DNA of 64,000 bases from Perna viridis. Its lineage: Eukaryota. Shown here piece by piece: positions 1-13,600 of this stretch (its first letter is position 1; the number at the start of each line of letters is the position of its first letter). Under the pieces are notes generated by a model. The model ran no database searches. It saw nothing but the letters and a program-made list of their open reading frames with translations, and had not been told where the DNA came from. Position numbers and translations under genes: made by a program. The DNA lies in assembly GCA_037379345.1 (NCBI GenBank), contig CM074513.1, positions 37,258,885-37,322,884 of the forward strand, written 5' to 3'.

Positions 1-1638
1 TGATACTGCATCAGCAGCAGTGTCCTTCAAAATAGATGGCAATACTTACCTTGCCATAAGTAATACAGGCAATGTCAGGCGATACCAGGCAAAGTCCAGA
101 ATTTATAAAGTCAACAGCTCAGGAACTTTAGTTGTTGTGAGTAATAAAAATATTATTTGCTTTGTTTGCTCTTATTTTAACATCTAAATAATCTTAACTC
201 CTCGAAGGGTTAATGTTACTTTTAAATTATTGGATGGGTTAAAATGATGATTTTGCTAGCCTTGTGTTTTTCAATGCTAAAAGTGCTGTTTTATTTTAAT
301 TTCTTCTATCAATGAGGAACTGACCAGTTGTTGAGATGATAGTTCTGGTCATTTTACATTGTAGCTCCAAGAACTATCAACATCAGGAGCCAAAGATGTA
401 ACATACTTTTCCTCTGGAAATGACCATTTTCTTGTGTTAGTCAATTCAAAAGATAACAATGGTAACACTTTAGTACCAGTCGATATATTCAAATGGGACA
501 AGTCAATTGGTATGTTTACATTTACACCATGGCAACAACTGACCAATCAGGGAGCAGAAGGAGTGGCTGTTTTTGAGATGGAGGGTGTGGTCTACATGGT
601 TGTTGCTAATAACTACAACTCTGAGAAGAAAACTTACCTTGTTGAGTATGTTATACTTATAGATAACTTTTTACTATCTCCACAAGATTAATTTTCTATT
701 AAACTGGACATGACCACTAATTTTTTTTATTTTTTAGCTCTATTATATACAAGTTGAATTCTAACCAAAAGTTCTCTGAGCACCAAAGAGTCAGAACAGA
801 AGGAGCTATAGATGTTACTCATGTCCTGTTTAAATCTCTTAACCTACTGATGTTTGCCAATAATAGAGGGGATTCTATCAGTAGCCCACAGAAATCCTGG
901 GTATACCGCTGGGACTCGACAACACAGATGTTCTTTAAACACAGTGATTTAGATACATATAGAGTAGAAGATGTAGAAGTTCTTATGGGAGGTGATGGCA
1001 TTGGTAGGAATCTTTGATGTATATTGTTTTATCACAGATTATAAAAAAGAAGATATCATTTGCCTTCAATCAGTTCACAAGATTTTAAATTAAAAGTTCA
1101 TTTTCTCTGATTATCAATACCTAGTGGGTATTTTTGTAAGGGAGCTTATTTTGATAATTGGAGCAGTCTATGCAAAAATCGGAAAAATAATTCCTCAAAA
1201 TAATTGCCCTGGCTTAAGTACTTATCACACTAATTAGCACCAAAATTAAAAATGCTAATCCCCCAAAAAATTACCTTACATCATACTTTTGTCAATTGAA
1301 ACTACTATCACATATGGAATAAAGTTTTCTGTCCAAATAAAGCATTTCTGTGTGAAATATTAGCTTTATTAAATATAAAAACTATGTTTTATTGCCTTGA
1401 TTTCAGCATACCTGATAGTCTCCAACAGTATTGGGAATTCTGAAATTTTCTCATGGCATGCACAAGACCAGAAGTTTATCTCGATGTGGACTGGACCACC
1501 AACCACCAACATGGTACCTGTTCTGATTCCTCAGACTTCTGGACCTTTACCATTGGTTGCCATTGGTAGTATAGGGGCTGCCCAGAATGTCACTCTTTAC
1601 CAGTTAGTGAAGACTAAAGATAGTGACTTTTCACCAAG
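1..1638 (+). CDS. ADGRV1: ADGRV1 EAR/EPTP repeat exons (<1-136, 365-645, 738-1003, 1407-1638)
   Basis: Motifs such as WQQLTNQGAEGVAVFEMEGVVYMVVANNY, HQRVRTEGAIDVTHVLF..LLMFANN and SWVYRWDS..F match the EAR repeat pattern; GT/AG boundaries are visible. Confidence 0.85.
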
Positions 1639-4600
1639 GTAGTCGAATCCGCATTTACTTGTGTATTGTTCAAGAGGTTCATTCATTCACTGATTTCATA
1701 TCCTTTAATTCTCTTAATCATAAAACTAATTATCAGAGATTTCTTCTTATTCTTGTCCACCAAATTAACATGCTATCAAATTTGTCAATTAGCAAGAAAT
1801 ATTTTATGTAAAGGATAGATAGCAAGGTCAATATATATATATTTGCAAATTTCTATTTATTCATAAACTGTGAAAGTACTATTGTTCATGGGGTACCAAT
1901 TTTTGTGGTTTTTGTGGGTAGACCAAACCATGAAATTTGGTTCCCAATAAAAAGGAGAATCCCATTGATGTGTATACTGGAAACCTCATAACAACAAAAT
2001 TGAAGAATCCACAAACTTATGTTTCATCCCTAATCAATGAAAATTGGTATCCACAAATTAAAGTACTGGGTACTTTCACAGTACAGTAATACATTTATCT
2101 GGAAACATACCGCACTGTGGTTTAAATTAATTGTCAATATTATTTCAGGACTATTACAATGTCCTTTGAACCTGGTCAAAGAACATTACACACAACTGTT
2201 CAAATAATACAGGACAACCAACCAGAGGAGAAGGAAACATTTTATGTAACTTTGACCAATCCAACAGGTGGAGCTGAAATAGGTCCACACAACATGATAA
2301 CTGTTGATATCCTGTCTAACGACAATGCTAATGGTGAAATAGAGTTTCCCCCTGTATGTCTTCTTTTATTATAGCTTTCTGATAGATACAATTTCTTTTT
2401 CTTTTTTTTTTTTGATATTTAAGCAAAATTTACTTCATTTTATTGAAGCTACAGTTTGAGGAGGATAAGCTATTAGACAGGAGGTGATTCATGCATGCTA
2501 AAAACCCACCATATTCAGTTTTATTTCTTGTTCGAAAACCATTATAGATCACATAACCAGTCTTAGTTTTTCATCCAGGGTTTGCACTTTTGAGATAAGA
2601 TTTACATAGATTGTACATGAAATTAAAGTGTAGTTTTCTCAAAAGTACAGATCTAAATACAGAAAGGACTATTGTCTCTTAAAAATATAGCATATGTAGA
2701 CCAAAAAAGCATCATCTGATCCATGGGTTTTTCTACACCATGAATCACCTTACCATAAGCAGTGTCTGAATTTTATATTGACTGGTACTATTTGTTTTCC
2801 GTGTATACTGCTTGTAGAAGTTATGCTTTTGTATAGATTTTGAGCCTTAATTGTTTATTTATATGATAAATGCCTGGTTAAACCTTTCTGAACACATCAT
2901 TTTTAGTTTTGCAAAATTGCACAAAAACTAAGAAATGCTTCAAAATGCCTAGAAAAAACAGGACACATATAGTGTTAGTATAACACTTTACAAAGGGAGA
3001 TAACCATATTTTTTCAAGTTTTATGTTTTGAGTGAAATGATAAGAATCTTCCTTTCTTTTGTAGTCATCTTTGGAAGTGTTGGTGACTGAGGAGGATGGT
3101 AAAGACAACCTAGTGGAGATTATGGTCCTTAGGAAATTTGGTTTCTTTGGTAGGGTAGTAGTGAAATGGATGGCAACAGGTGATCAGAATGGACTGTTGG
3201 ATATTACTCCACTTGAGGGAACAGTATGTTATGTAGACTATTGGTTTGAATATTTTGACTAAGTTTTTAACTATGTACTGTCAAAATAGTAGAGAACACT
3301 GCTAGCAATATAAATCTAGGTTATGAGATATTTTATTACCATAATTTACAAGATTTGCATAAGCTTGTTCTGGTAATTTTCAGTACTAATTGACACTGGT
3401 CTCATTGCTGGTTTTTAAATTTTACTGTTGTCTGTTCATACTTTGAATGTCTGTCCCATAATATTTTTTTCATAAAAATCTCTGCAACACCTCTGTGGAA
3501 CAACTTAAGTTTAGAATGTAGCTTTGTAACCTACTTTGAAAGGTTGTTGGAGGAGCATCTACAGGCTTATCCTATGGACACATTTATTCAGTTACATTGT
3601 ACATGTATCATTGAACCACAGTTTGATAGTTAGTTGTCTGTTATTCCATTTGTGTTTAATACATGTGTAGAACTATAATACTTTGTCTACTTCCAGATAG
3701 AATTTCCTGATGGCCAGTCCCAGGCCTTTATTAAACTAACTATACTGAATGACAACCTAGCAGAGTTACCAGAGGTTACATACATACGTCTGACAGAGAT
3801 CATAGAATCTGGATCTACAGAGCCAAACAAAGGAGCGATAATAGGTATGGCAATACATGATTCATAATCTATGGTTAATCGTTTATAAAGAAATGATAAT
3901 TAGTATAAAATAATTGCAACTTTGGATTTTGACAGCATCATGTGGAATATCTGGATGAGTGTGTGTGAGCCCTGAGATATTCAACATGATATTGTCAGTT
4001 ACTTAGTCAAAAGTAACTATTATATTATTTATCAGTTATCCAGTTGTTGCTGTTTCAATTATTTTAATGTATTTCTAGTTTTTGAAATACTTTTGTAGAG
4101 CAAGTCATTAGTAGTGAAGCTACACACTGTTGATACATGATATCAGTTTCATGCAAAACTCTGATGACATCGCCATCACTCCCAATCTTTTGATGGATAT
4201 TTTCGAATGTCTTGTCATGTACAAGAGAAAGAGAAATATCTGTCGGAAAAATCACAGATTACTGATAAAAGTGCATCATTCATGGATACAAGTTATTTTT
4301 TATGGTCCAACAGATATTGCTGGCTGTCTTTAAATGAAACTTGTCAATTAAGTTTGAAAATTAAATATTTTTAAATTTTTTTCTTTTTTTACTTAAGCAT
4401 GTAAACCCCAAACTAAAAAAAACATTCTAACTTTGGGAGCTTTTGCTAAAAGAAATTAAGACTAGCCATGGAAATACATTATATTTGTGCCTATTCTCAA
4501 CTACTTCCAAAGCACATTTCTTACCTCCACTCATCAAGTGATGGTATATTGGAATCACCTTGTCCATCTTTCATCTGTTCATAAACCTGTTTGTCCATCC

Positions 4601-7600
4601 ATCCAAATTTTGTCGCAATTATCTTGGCTTCCATAGCATTTAGATGTGACATATGTTGTAAGCCATTTTGGTTGCTCTTCCATATCAACTTCCTGTTTGA
4701 GTGGGGTATGACTAGCATGACAATGCATGCAACGTTCTGTTTTTCTTTTAATGTACTTATTCAAATCTATAGGTAAAAGTAATGTTGCCAAGATGATTGT
4801 ACAAGCAAATGATTCTCCTTATGGTGTTATTCTGTGGGAACGGGAGTCAATTGTCTTACCAGAACCAGAAGGAACTGACTTCACTCAAGAAGTCTACATT
4901 ACTAGGCAACAAGGCAAGATGGGGCAGCTACAAATCTCCTTCCAGTAAGTTGCTTTTTGAAATGAAATATGTAACAAGTTTGTTTAAGATTGTACATGTA
5001 TAGTTATTGTACTGGCCTAAATTGAATGAGCATTAATAGTCAGGCAGGACCGAGCAAATTTTGTTAATACACATGTACTTAGTCCTCGATGTGTGATCAT
5101 AAGTTTTAGTAGTTTGTGTTCATGTTTTTTGTTGTCCAACATTCTCTCATTTTATAGGACAGGGATAGCTACTGGTTACCCAGTAGATAGGAGAGCTGTT
5201 TCAGGAGAAGATTACATAGCCAGACAAAGTACCGTTGTCATGCAGGAAAATGTTACTAGAGTACCTATCCAGCTGGTGATTAAACAGGTATGGAAAAAGC
5301 CACTATATGAGAAGTTAAGGGGAATGTGCAGGGATACTACTTTAAATATATTGTAACTACTTATTGATTCCTTTGTTCTCATTAATTTGCAATGTGATTA
5401 AATAAACAACAAATCATGGACCATTAAATCTAAGAGTAAACGGAAAAATTGAACCAATAAACTCAGAATGTCACAATATTATACTTCAGCATTTGGAACT
5501 ACCAATAACCAACTTGAAACACTTTTGAATAAATTTGATTATATTCTGTGCTTTGATTTATGAATATTACGTTTAGACTCATATTTGAACTCCACAAACC
5601 ATTAAGTTGAATAAATATAACTTTGTATTTTTTAATCGTAATTTCAGGACAGCATGCCAGAAGCTGATGAGTCATTTGTTGTAAACATAACAGGAGTATC
5701 GGTGATGGGACTGACTCCACCAGCAGGAGCTGAACCTAGTGTTAAAGTCCCTGGCAATATCCTTGTTGTTACAATCACAGAGAATGATGATGCTAGAGGC
5801 TTGGTGGAATTTGATGTCACAACTGTAAGTGTGTGGTATTTGTTACTGTTCCTTTGTTGTGGTAGATATGAATGTTTATGGATCTAAGATAATAAGATTT
5901 ATAGTAGTTGTAGAAGTCTCTTTATTTTGGTTTCTAAGGTCTTAAAAAAGCCACTGTCCTAATGAGCATCTAAGGTCTTAAAAATCCACAATCCCAATGA
6001 GTTTCTTAAGTGTTACAAAGCAACAATCTGGATGAGATTCTAAGGTCTTAAAAATACACAATACTAATGAGGTTCTGAGGTCTTATAAAGCCACAACCCC
6101 AATGAGAGTCTAAGGTCTTACAATGCCACAATCCCAGCAAGTTTTGAAGTCTTACAAAGTCACAATCCAAATGAGATTCTGAGGTCTTATGAAGCCACAA
6201 TATGAATGAAGTTCTAAAGTCTTACAAGAAGCCACAATCCCAATAAGATTCTATGGTCTTACAAAGCCACAATTCCAATAAGACTCTGAGGTCTTACAAA
6301 GCCACAATCCCATTGAGAGTCTAAGGTGAAACAAAGCCACAATCCAAATGATATTCTGAGGTCTTACAAAGCCATAATCCCAATGAAATTCTAAGGTCTC
6401 ACAAAGCCACATATCCAAATTAGATTCTGAGGTCTCTAAAAACCACAATCCCAATGAGTTTCCTAGGTCTTATGAAGCCACAGTCCCAATGATGTTAAAA
6501 TTCTTACAAAGCAACAATCCAAATGAGATTCTAAGGTCTTACAAAGCTACAATCCCAATGAGAGCCTTAAGTCTTACAAAGCCACAATCCCAATGAGGTT
6601 CCAAAGTATAATCCAAATGAGTCTGTAATTTCTTACAAAGCCACAATCCTAATGAGATTCTGAGGTCTGACAAAGCCACAATCCCAATAAGAGTCTAAGG
6701 TCCTACTAAGCCATAATCCCAATAAGATTCTAAGGTCTCACAAAGCTACAATCCCAATGAGTTTCTTAGATCCTACAAAGCCACAATCCTTATGAGTTTT
6801 TTAAGGTCTTACAAAACCACAATCCCAATGAGAGTCTAAGGTCTTAAAGAGCCACTATCCCAATGAGATTCTGAAGTCTAATAAATCCACAATCCAAATG
6901 ACTTTCTAAGGTTTTACAAAAGCCACAATCCCAATGCATTTCTGAAGTCTAACATAGCCACAATCCAAATGAGTTTCTAACGTCTTAAAAAATTAAAATC
7001 CCAATGAGTTTCTAAAGTCTTACAAAAGCCGCAAACCCAATGAGTTTCTAAGGTCTTACAAAGCCACAATCCCAATGAGTTTCTAGGGTCTTACAAAGCC
7101 ACAATCCTAATGAAATTCAGAGGTCTTTCAGTGCCACAATCCCAGAGTTTCTACACAGGCAAATGTGCCACACATGAGAATCATATGGTTTGCATCATAT
7201 GATTATCATATAAATCGAGCACCATATGATAATCATATGTTTTTAAGCCAAAATTACCATATGAGAATCATATGAGAATCATATGATAATCATATGACTA
7301 TCATATGTTCAATATCATGTGATTACCATATGATTATCATATGAATCGAGCACCATATGATTATCATATGTGGCACATTTGGCTTTCTTACAAAGCCGCA
7401 ACCCAAAGTTTCAAATTTCCTACAAAAGCCACAATCCTAATGAGTTTCTATTGTTGTGTTGTACAGATTAGACTTGTCATAACATTTATTTTTTGTTTAC
7501 AAACTTCAGTGAGTATTTTAAATTACATTAACTATGCTATCAGTGATCCATTGAGAAATATGTTTATTAAAAAAAACAGTGATATGAACTCAAAACTCCA

Positions 7601-10600
7601 TCAATATACAAAATTTTACGGAACCACAAAAAAAAAATGCTTTTTCAATGATTAAGTGAAGAAATGTGAAATCAATGAAAAGTTGAACAGCTTGGATTTT
7701 AAATGAATGTTCATAAGCATTGCTATTTGTTATCTTATATATTTCTATCTGAGTTTTTATATATTTGATTAGAATATAGAGGGTAGAATTGACACATATG
7801 AAGAGTACGGCAAGAACACAACTATATCTCTGAAGGTCAAAAGAAAAATTGGTGTATTAGGTACAGTAACTGTATCATGGCAAGCTGAACCAAGGGAAGC
7901 AACTTATCTTGACTTTGGACCACCAAGTGGCAGTGTTATGTTGATGGATGGTCAAGAATCAGGGGAGATAATTATCACAATAATGGATGACACAGATCCT
8001 GAAGAAATGGAGGTAAGAATGGTTACATAAATTAATAGAGATTATGTAGCATGTTATGATATATTAGCTTAAATAGCAATACCAATCTGATTTGCATATA
8101 TCATTTTAGTTTGTTTATGATAAAACTTACTCTGACCCCCTACATGTACATTGTGGAGACAAAATGATTTAAAGTACAAATAGTATCCCTTATTTATATG
8201 AAAAAATACATTACATTATAGTGTATTATTTATTTTCTTTAGACGTTTGATATCAAGTTATTATCAGTAGTTGGTGGATCATCACTAGGACCTAACAAAG
8301 TAGTCAGGGTGGCCATCTTGAAAAATGATTCTCCAAATGGACTTTTTAGATTTGTACAGAAAAAGGTAAACTGATAATATATTATGAATGAACTATTGCT
8401 CATTGGGTACCTGGTTTTGACAATTCTACGAATGCTGTTGCTTTTTATTCTTTGCTGTAATAAGAATTACATGTGTGTAAAATGCATGAAATGCATTCAC
8501 TTTTTACAATTAGAGCGTAAAACAAATGCCTATCATATCTTACATATGTTAAAAAAGACATTTTTTTCTTACTGCACTTTTTTTTCTAACATTAAGGTTA
8601 CAGTTAAAGAATCTAAAAGTGATTCAGACCCTGAAGGGGAAGTAACTCTAGATATAGAGAGAATGCAAGGAAAGGAAGGAGTAGTAAATCTACAATGGAG
8701 ACTGAATGCTGAAGCTGTTAATGATTTTATTGAACCTATTGCTGGAACAATAAAGTTCGGTGAGGTAATGAAAAAATTTAAGGTTTTGGAAAAATATTTA
8801 TATTTTTTGTTTGTTAAAAGATGTCTTCATTCTTGTATACTCATAAAATGCAGTTGAGAACCACAACAGTCTAGGAAACAGCTAGTTTCGATGATTAAAT
8901 ACAAATCAAATCTTAGCTTTTTCCAAGATAAGAATGGTCAAAACATGGCACCTGAATGTTTACAAAAAATTCGTAATCAGCTTATCATTACCAGACAATT
9001 CAACCCATATATATTTCAGACCATGACAGTAGGAGAATGCATAAGAACAATAAAAGCCATAAATCAAAACAAATGTTTCTTTGGGAGCATTTAAGGTGTT
9101 ACATTCTTCATATTATGTTCATTTCTAATATGACGTCTTCATATTGTCAAACATTATATGTCGGTACAACCCCACATTTAGCACCTGCATACTGTCTCTT
9201 TTCTTTTGCTGTCACTTTGAGACAAAACACTCATTTAAAAAGGTTTATGCAATGATTTAACAGCTGAGAGGTTATTTAATTGAAATCAATTATATAAATA
9301 CACACATTTATCACATACGATGACATAAATATACAAATTTAATCCAACTTTCATATGGGGGAGGTTGAACGGAACAGACATTATTTCGGCTATGCTTAGG
9401 GAAATTTTTGTCACAAAAATTACTGTATTTGTCATATAAGAAAAGAAATAATTCCTTCTGGGGGTAGATTTGTACTCATTTTAACATGGGTTTGGCATTT
9501 ATATTCTCATTAAACACCTCGCTCGGTGTTAAATAATAGAATATAAATGCTGTAGCCATGTTAAAATGAGTACAAATCTACCCCCTCCACGAATTATTTC
9601 TTTATTAAGGTGTGATTTTAATACTTTCTTATCCGTATATGATAAAATCATATAATAAATATTCTAGTACATAAAATATTTTTAAAGGGTGAGATAAAGA
9701 AGAGTATAAGCTTGAGAACAAAAATGGACAACATTTTAGAAGGAGAGGAAAAATTCCTCATATCTTTAATATCAGCTGACAATAATGCCGATATCTCCCA
9801 TTCTGGTGGGGATGCTGTCATTGTCCTTCTTCCTGACCCAGGATCAGCTGGCACTGTTATGATTCTGCCAGATTACAGAACAGTGTATATAGGAGAACCA
9901 GGAGAATCAAGTTCTATGTACAATGGACAAACAGATATTTTGTTAAGTAGAGGGGCTGGTATCTATGGAGATATAGCAGTGACTTGGACCATAACCCCAC
10001 GTGATCTGGATGCATTTATGCAGGTTGAAGGGACAGCTCAGTTTGGAGATTTGCAGCCAACTGCTAAAATTGTTCTTCAGGTACTGCCAGATTCAGATTA
10101 GCAATATCTTTCTATACATTTATTCTGTATCTACAAGCCTATTAAATTTGTTTAGATTTGACATAAAAAAATGTATGAGATGAATTATACTAATACAGTG
10201 GCTTTCTATGGGTGAAGTATTATAGAAAATATTTTTTGCTTTTACTGATGTGGTTATATTTTATCTGTTTGCTTTTTTTTACAATTTTCATTATGGTCAT
10301 AAGTAAAATAGGTTTTTTTTACTTTCATAGTCTAAAGATGACACTGCTGCTGAATTAAGAAGAATCTACACCCTCCAGATAAACTCAGCCACTAATGGTG
10401 CTAGTATTTCTAGTGTTCCTGGAAGTTTTGTATCTAATGTGGTATATGTAGCCAGTGACTATCCTCATGGACTGTTTGAATTTTCATTGCCTGAGATCAC
10501 ACCTATTACAGAAAATACCGCAAAGGTATTAAAACTGAGCTAATCATGAATTATATCATTGTCAGAGCAAACTTTTTCATGACTTGATATCAGTGAAATT

Positions 10601-13600
10601 ATATGTAAGATAAAATTAAGATGTAATTAGGAAATTTCAATTATTTGAGAAATTACTGAAGACAGTTATTTACTGTATTGGGTACAATATGTACTTTCCT
10701 TGTATATATGTAGGTTGGGTCATTTCAGTACCCTGCTTGTACATGTATTTTGTTCATTTTCCTCATATAGAAAGCTATGGTGTTTCAAGGTTCTCATTAT
10801 AGTTTTACCATTTCAGGTAAACATCCCCATCATAAGACAGTATGGCAGGAACAATCAGGTTCTAATCTCATACACCACTACACCAGGTACAGCCGAGGAA
10901 TATAAAGACTTCTATCCTGCTTCTGGTACTCTTATATTCCAGCATAACGAAAGACAGAAAAATGTAGAGATTACAATTGCTCAGGATGACTTACCTGAAG
11001 GGCCTGAAATGTTTTACCTTAATCTTACATCAGCCAGGCTGAGTATTCCTAGGTAAGGTTATAATTACCTTGAATATTTATGTAATTTTGTAAGACTAAT
11101 AAAAAGTGCTTTAAATGCCAGTGTGGGAAAACTTTTGAGTTGTAAAATAATGTCTATGATTATGTCATTGCAGTAACAACAATTATACAGAGATCAATGG
11201 TTTGCGGTTAGATATGGCTCCTGCAATTGGACCCATAGGTGTCAAGACTATTCTGATACAGAAAAATGACAATGCCGAGGGCACCATAGAGTTCCAGTCT
11301 GATCATTTTACAGGTAGGCTTAATGCTTCAAACCACTAATGTCACTTTCCATAGGCTGCAATGCTAATCTCACAAAGCTCAATGTATTATGGAGCTTCTA
11401 CCTTAAGTTTAACTTGAAGTAGACTATATATAAGCTGCTGCATGTCAACACTTAAAGCTCTTGTGAGGTTTACTACCTTGCAGTGCAACACCAGCTCGAT
11501 GAGCTAAAAATGGAATGGGAATTTTCCTACATTTCACAAAAAAGGGGAGTCTTCATGCAGAACTCATGAAATATTTAATTTAGTAAGTTACATTGACCAT
11601 TTTATGTAGAAATAAAGAAAATATGATTCTCTGCCAAAAAACAGACTCACTTGTGCAGAATTGATGTGCACTTTTCCACAGCAACATAACGTAAGTGCAC
11701 TAAAATTTGTAAAAGATTTTATTTTTGTGTACATTCTAAAAGCTCATTGGTTGAATTAGTGGTATGTCACCTAAATATAAAGTACAGATAGACCCTTACA
11801 ATGAAGTTTATTAACAGAAAATTGTTCTTAGGTTATGTTTTGGTTTATCAAAATAAATTTCCAATTTATTATTGTCAAAACATTTTCACAACCGGGTTCA
11901 AAATAGATTTGATTTATTTTATATTGGAAATTGATAAAAAAAATGTGATGATTAGATTTTAAAACCCATAATAAATTCACAAACTCAACTAAGGTTTACA
12001 GCCTGATGACGTTACATAGTTACTTAATGAAGTGATTTTTAACATACTAAGTTACCAAGCAAGCTGCTCAATAAATATCCTTTAATATATATATAGTTTC
12101 TTTACATTTCAGTTCTAGAGGAATCAGGTGTTGCTAAGATACCACTTGTGAGAAAGGGAGGTAATTATGGTAGCATAACAGTGAGCTTCTCAGTGACAGG
12201 AATAAATGCTACAGCAGGGGTGGATTATGTTGTTGGCAACACCAAGGTCAAAATAGAGGACAAAGAGAGTAAAGGCAGCATCGACATTGTACTCAGGGAT
12301 GACTCTGATATGGAGTATGCTGAGCAGTTTGTCATTACCATAAATAGTGTCTCAGGTGGGGACAATATGATAGGTATTTTTTTCTTTCATATAGATTCCC
12401 AATCTCATCAACAAAATACATACTCATAGTAAAATGATTATATGCGTTGCCCGTGAGGGACAGAGTTATTAGTTCTCAAATTAAATTGGCTTTGTTGATA
12501 AAGGGCTATTTTGTTATATCACTAATTCTTGCCTAAAGGTAGTATTCTAGACTTCCATGATATGCATCTGCTTTAAAAAGTTCAAATAGTCACTTCCTAA
12601 CTGCACACATTATTTCTGAAATATGTCACTTCTGACAGAACGATTATGAGCTATTTAGGTTTCAGAGTATCTACTTGTAAAGGACATCACTGACACTCAA
12701 TCCCTATTATATTCTTAAATGTCTTCAGTATAATGGCTTGTGCAACAGGGACAAAGATCACTTTGAATGGAACTTTGCTTATATACTCAAAGCATATAGA
12801 AAATGTTTAGGGTCACTTAGTTTTTTTCTCTCCTAATATTCAAAATTTGGATTTACACCATTCCGACAGTGTTTTTAAACGTTATTAAACTGTCATTTGT
12901 TTTTAAGAGGATTGGTTTTATTGTTATAGTGATTAATTTATAGAATTGTTTACATATATGCTGTGATAATAATAAAATTAAATTTATTGAATTTTCTATT
13001 GTGACCCTTAACATTTTTTGTGGAGTATTTAAATAACATACATAATTTAATTTACTAGCTCTTACTTGTAATATTGTTTTTAAATGCTATTTCAGATGGT
13101 GCTTTACTTGGCACTATAACTAAAGCTACCATCACTATTGCTAAGTCAGACTACCCAAATGGAATGTTTGGCTTCAAAGGTCCACTGCAGATCATTATGG
13201 ATAATCCTGTCAGACAAGTACAAACAACCTTGACCATTGAAAGGTCAGGAGGTCATCAAGGTCAACAAACAGTCAACTGGAGACTTTTGGGACCAAATAA
13301 CCCACAGAGAGTACTACTAGAGACCAATGATATTTTCTACATCAGTAACAACCAGGAAACTACTAGTGGACATTTGGTGTGGGAAAATGGTGAATCAGGG
13401 GCTAAAACTATTACTCTGTACATCAAACCATACTCCAGCTGGGAGGTACAGAAAATATTTGTAGTGGAAATAGTCACTGTCTCAGGTTTTCCAAATAGTG
13501 TTGGTGATGGTGAAATTGGACCTAATACTGGAAAGACAACTGTCACTGTAAGTTAAATGTATAGTGCGGTACATGCTTTAGATGTCCAAAAGTTGAAAAC

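Noticed and set aside
4540-4730. Degenerate dispersed repeat resembling 17290-17580
   Set aside because: Similarity is visible but too decayed to define ends or class without alignment.
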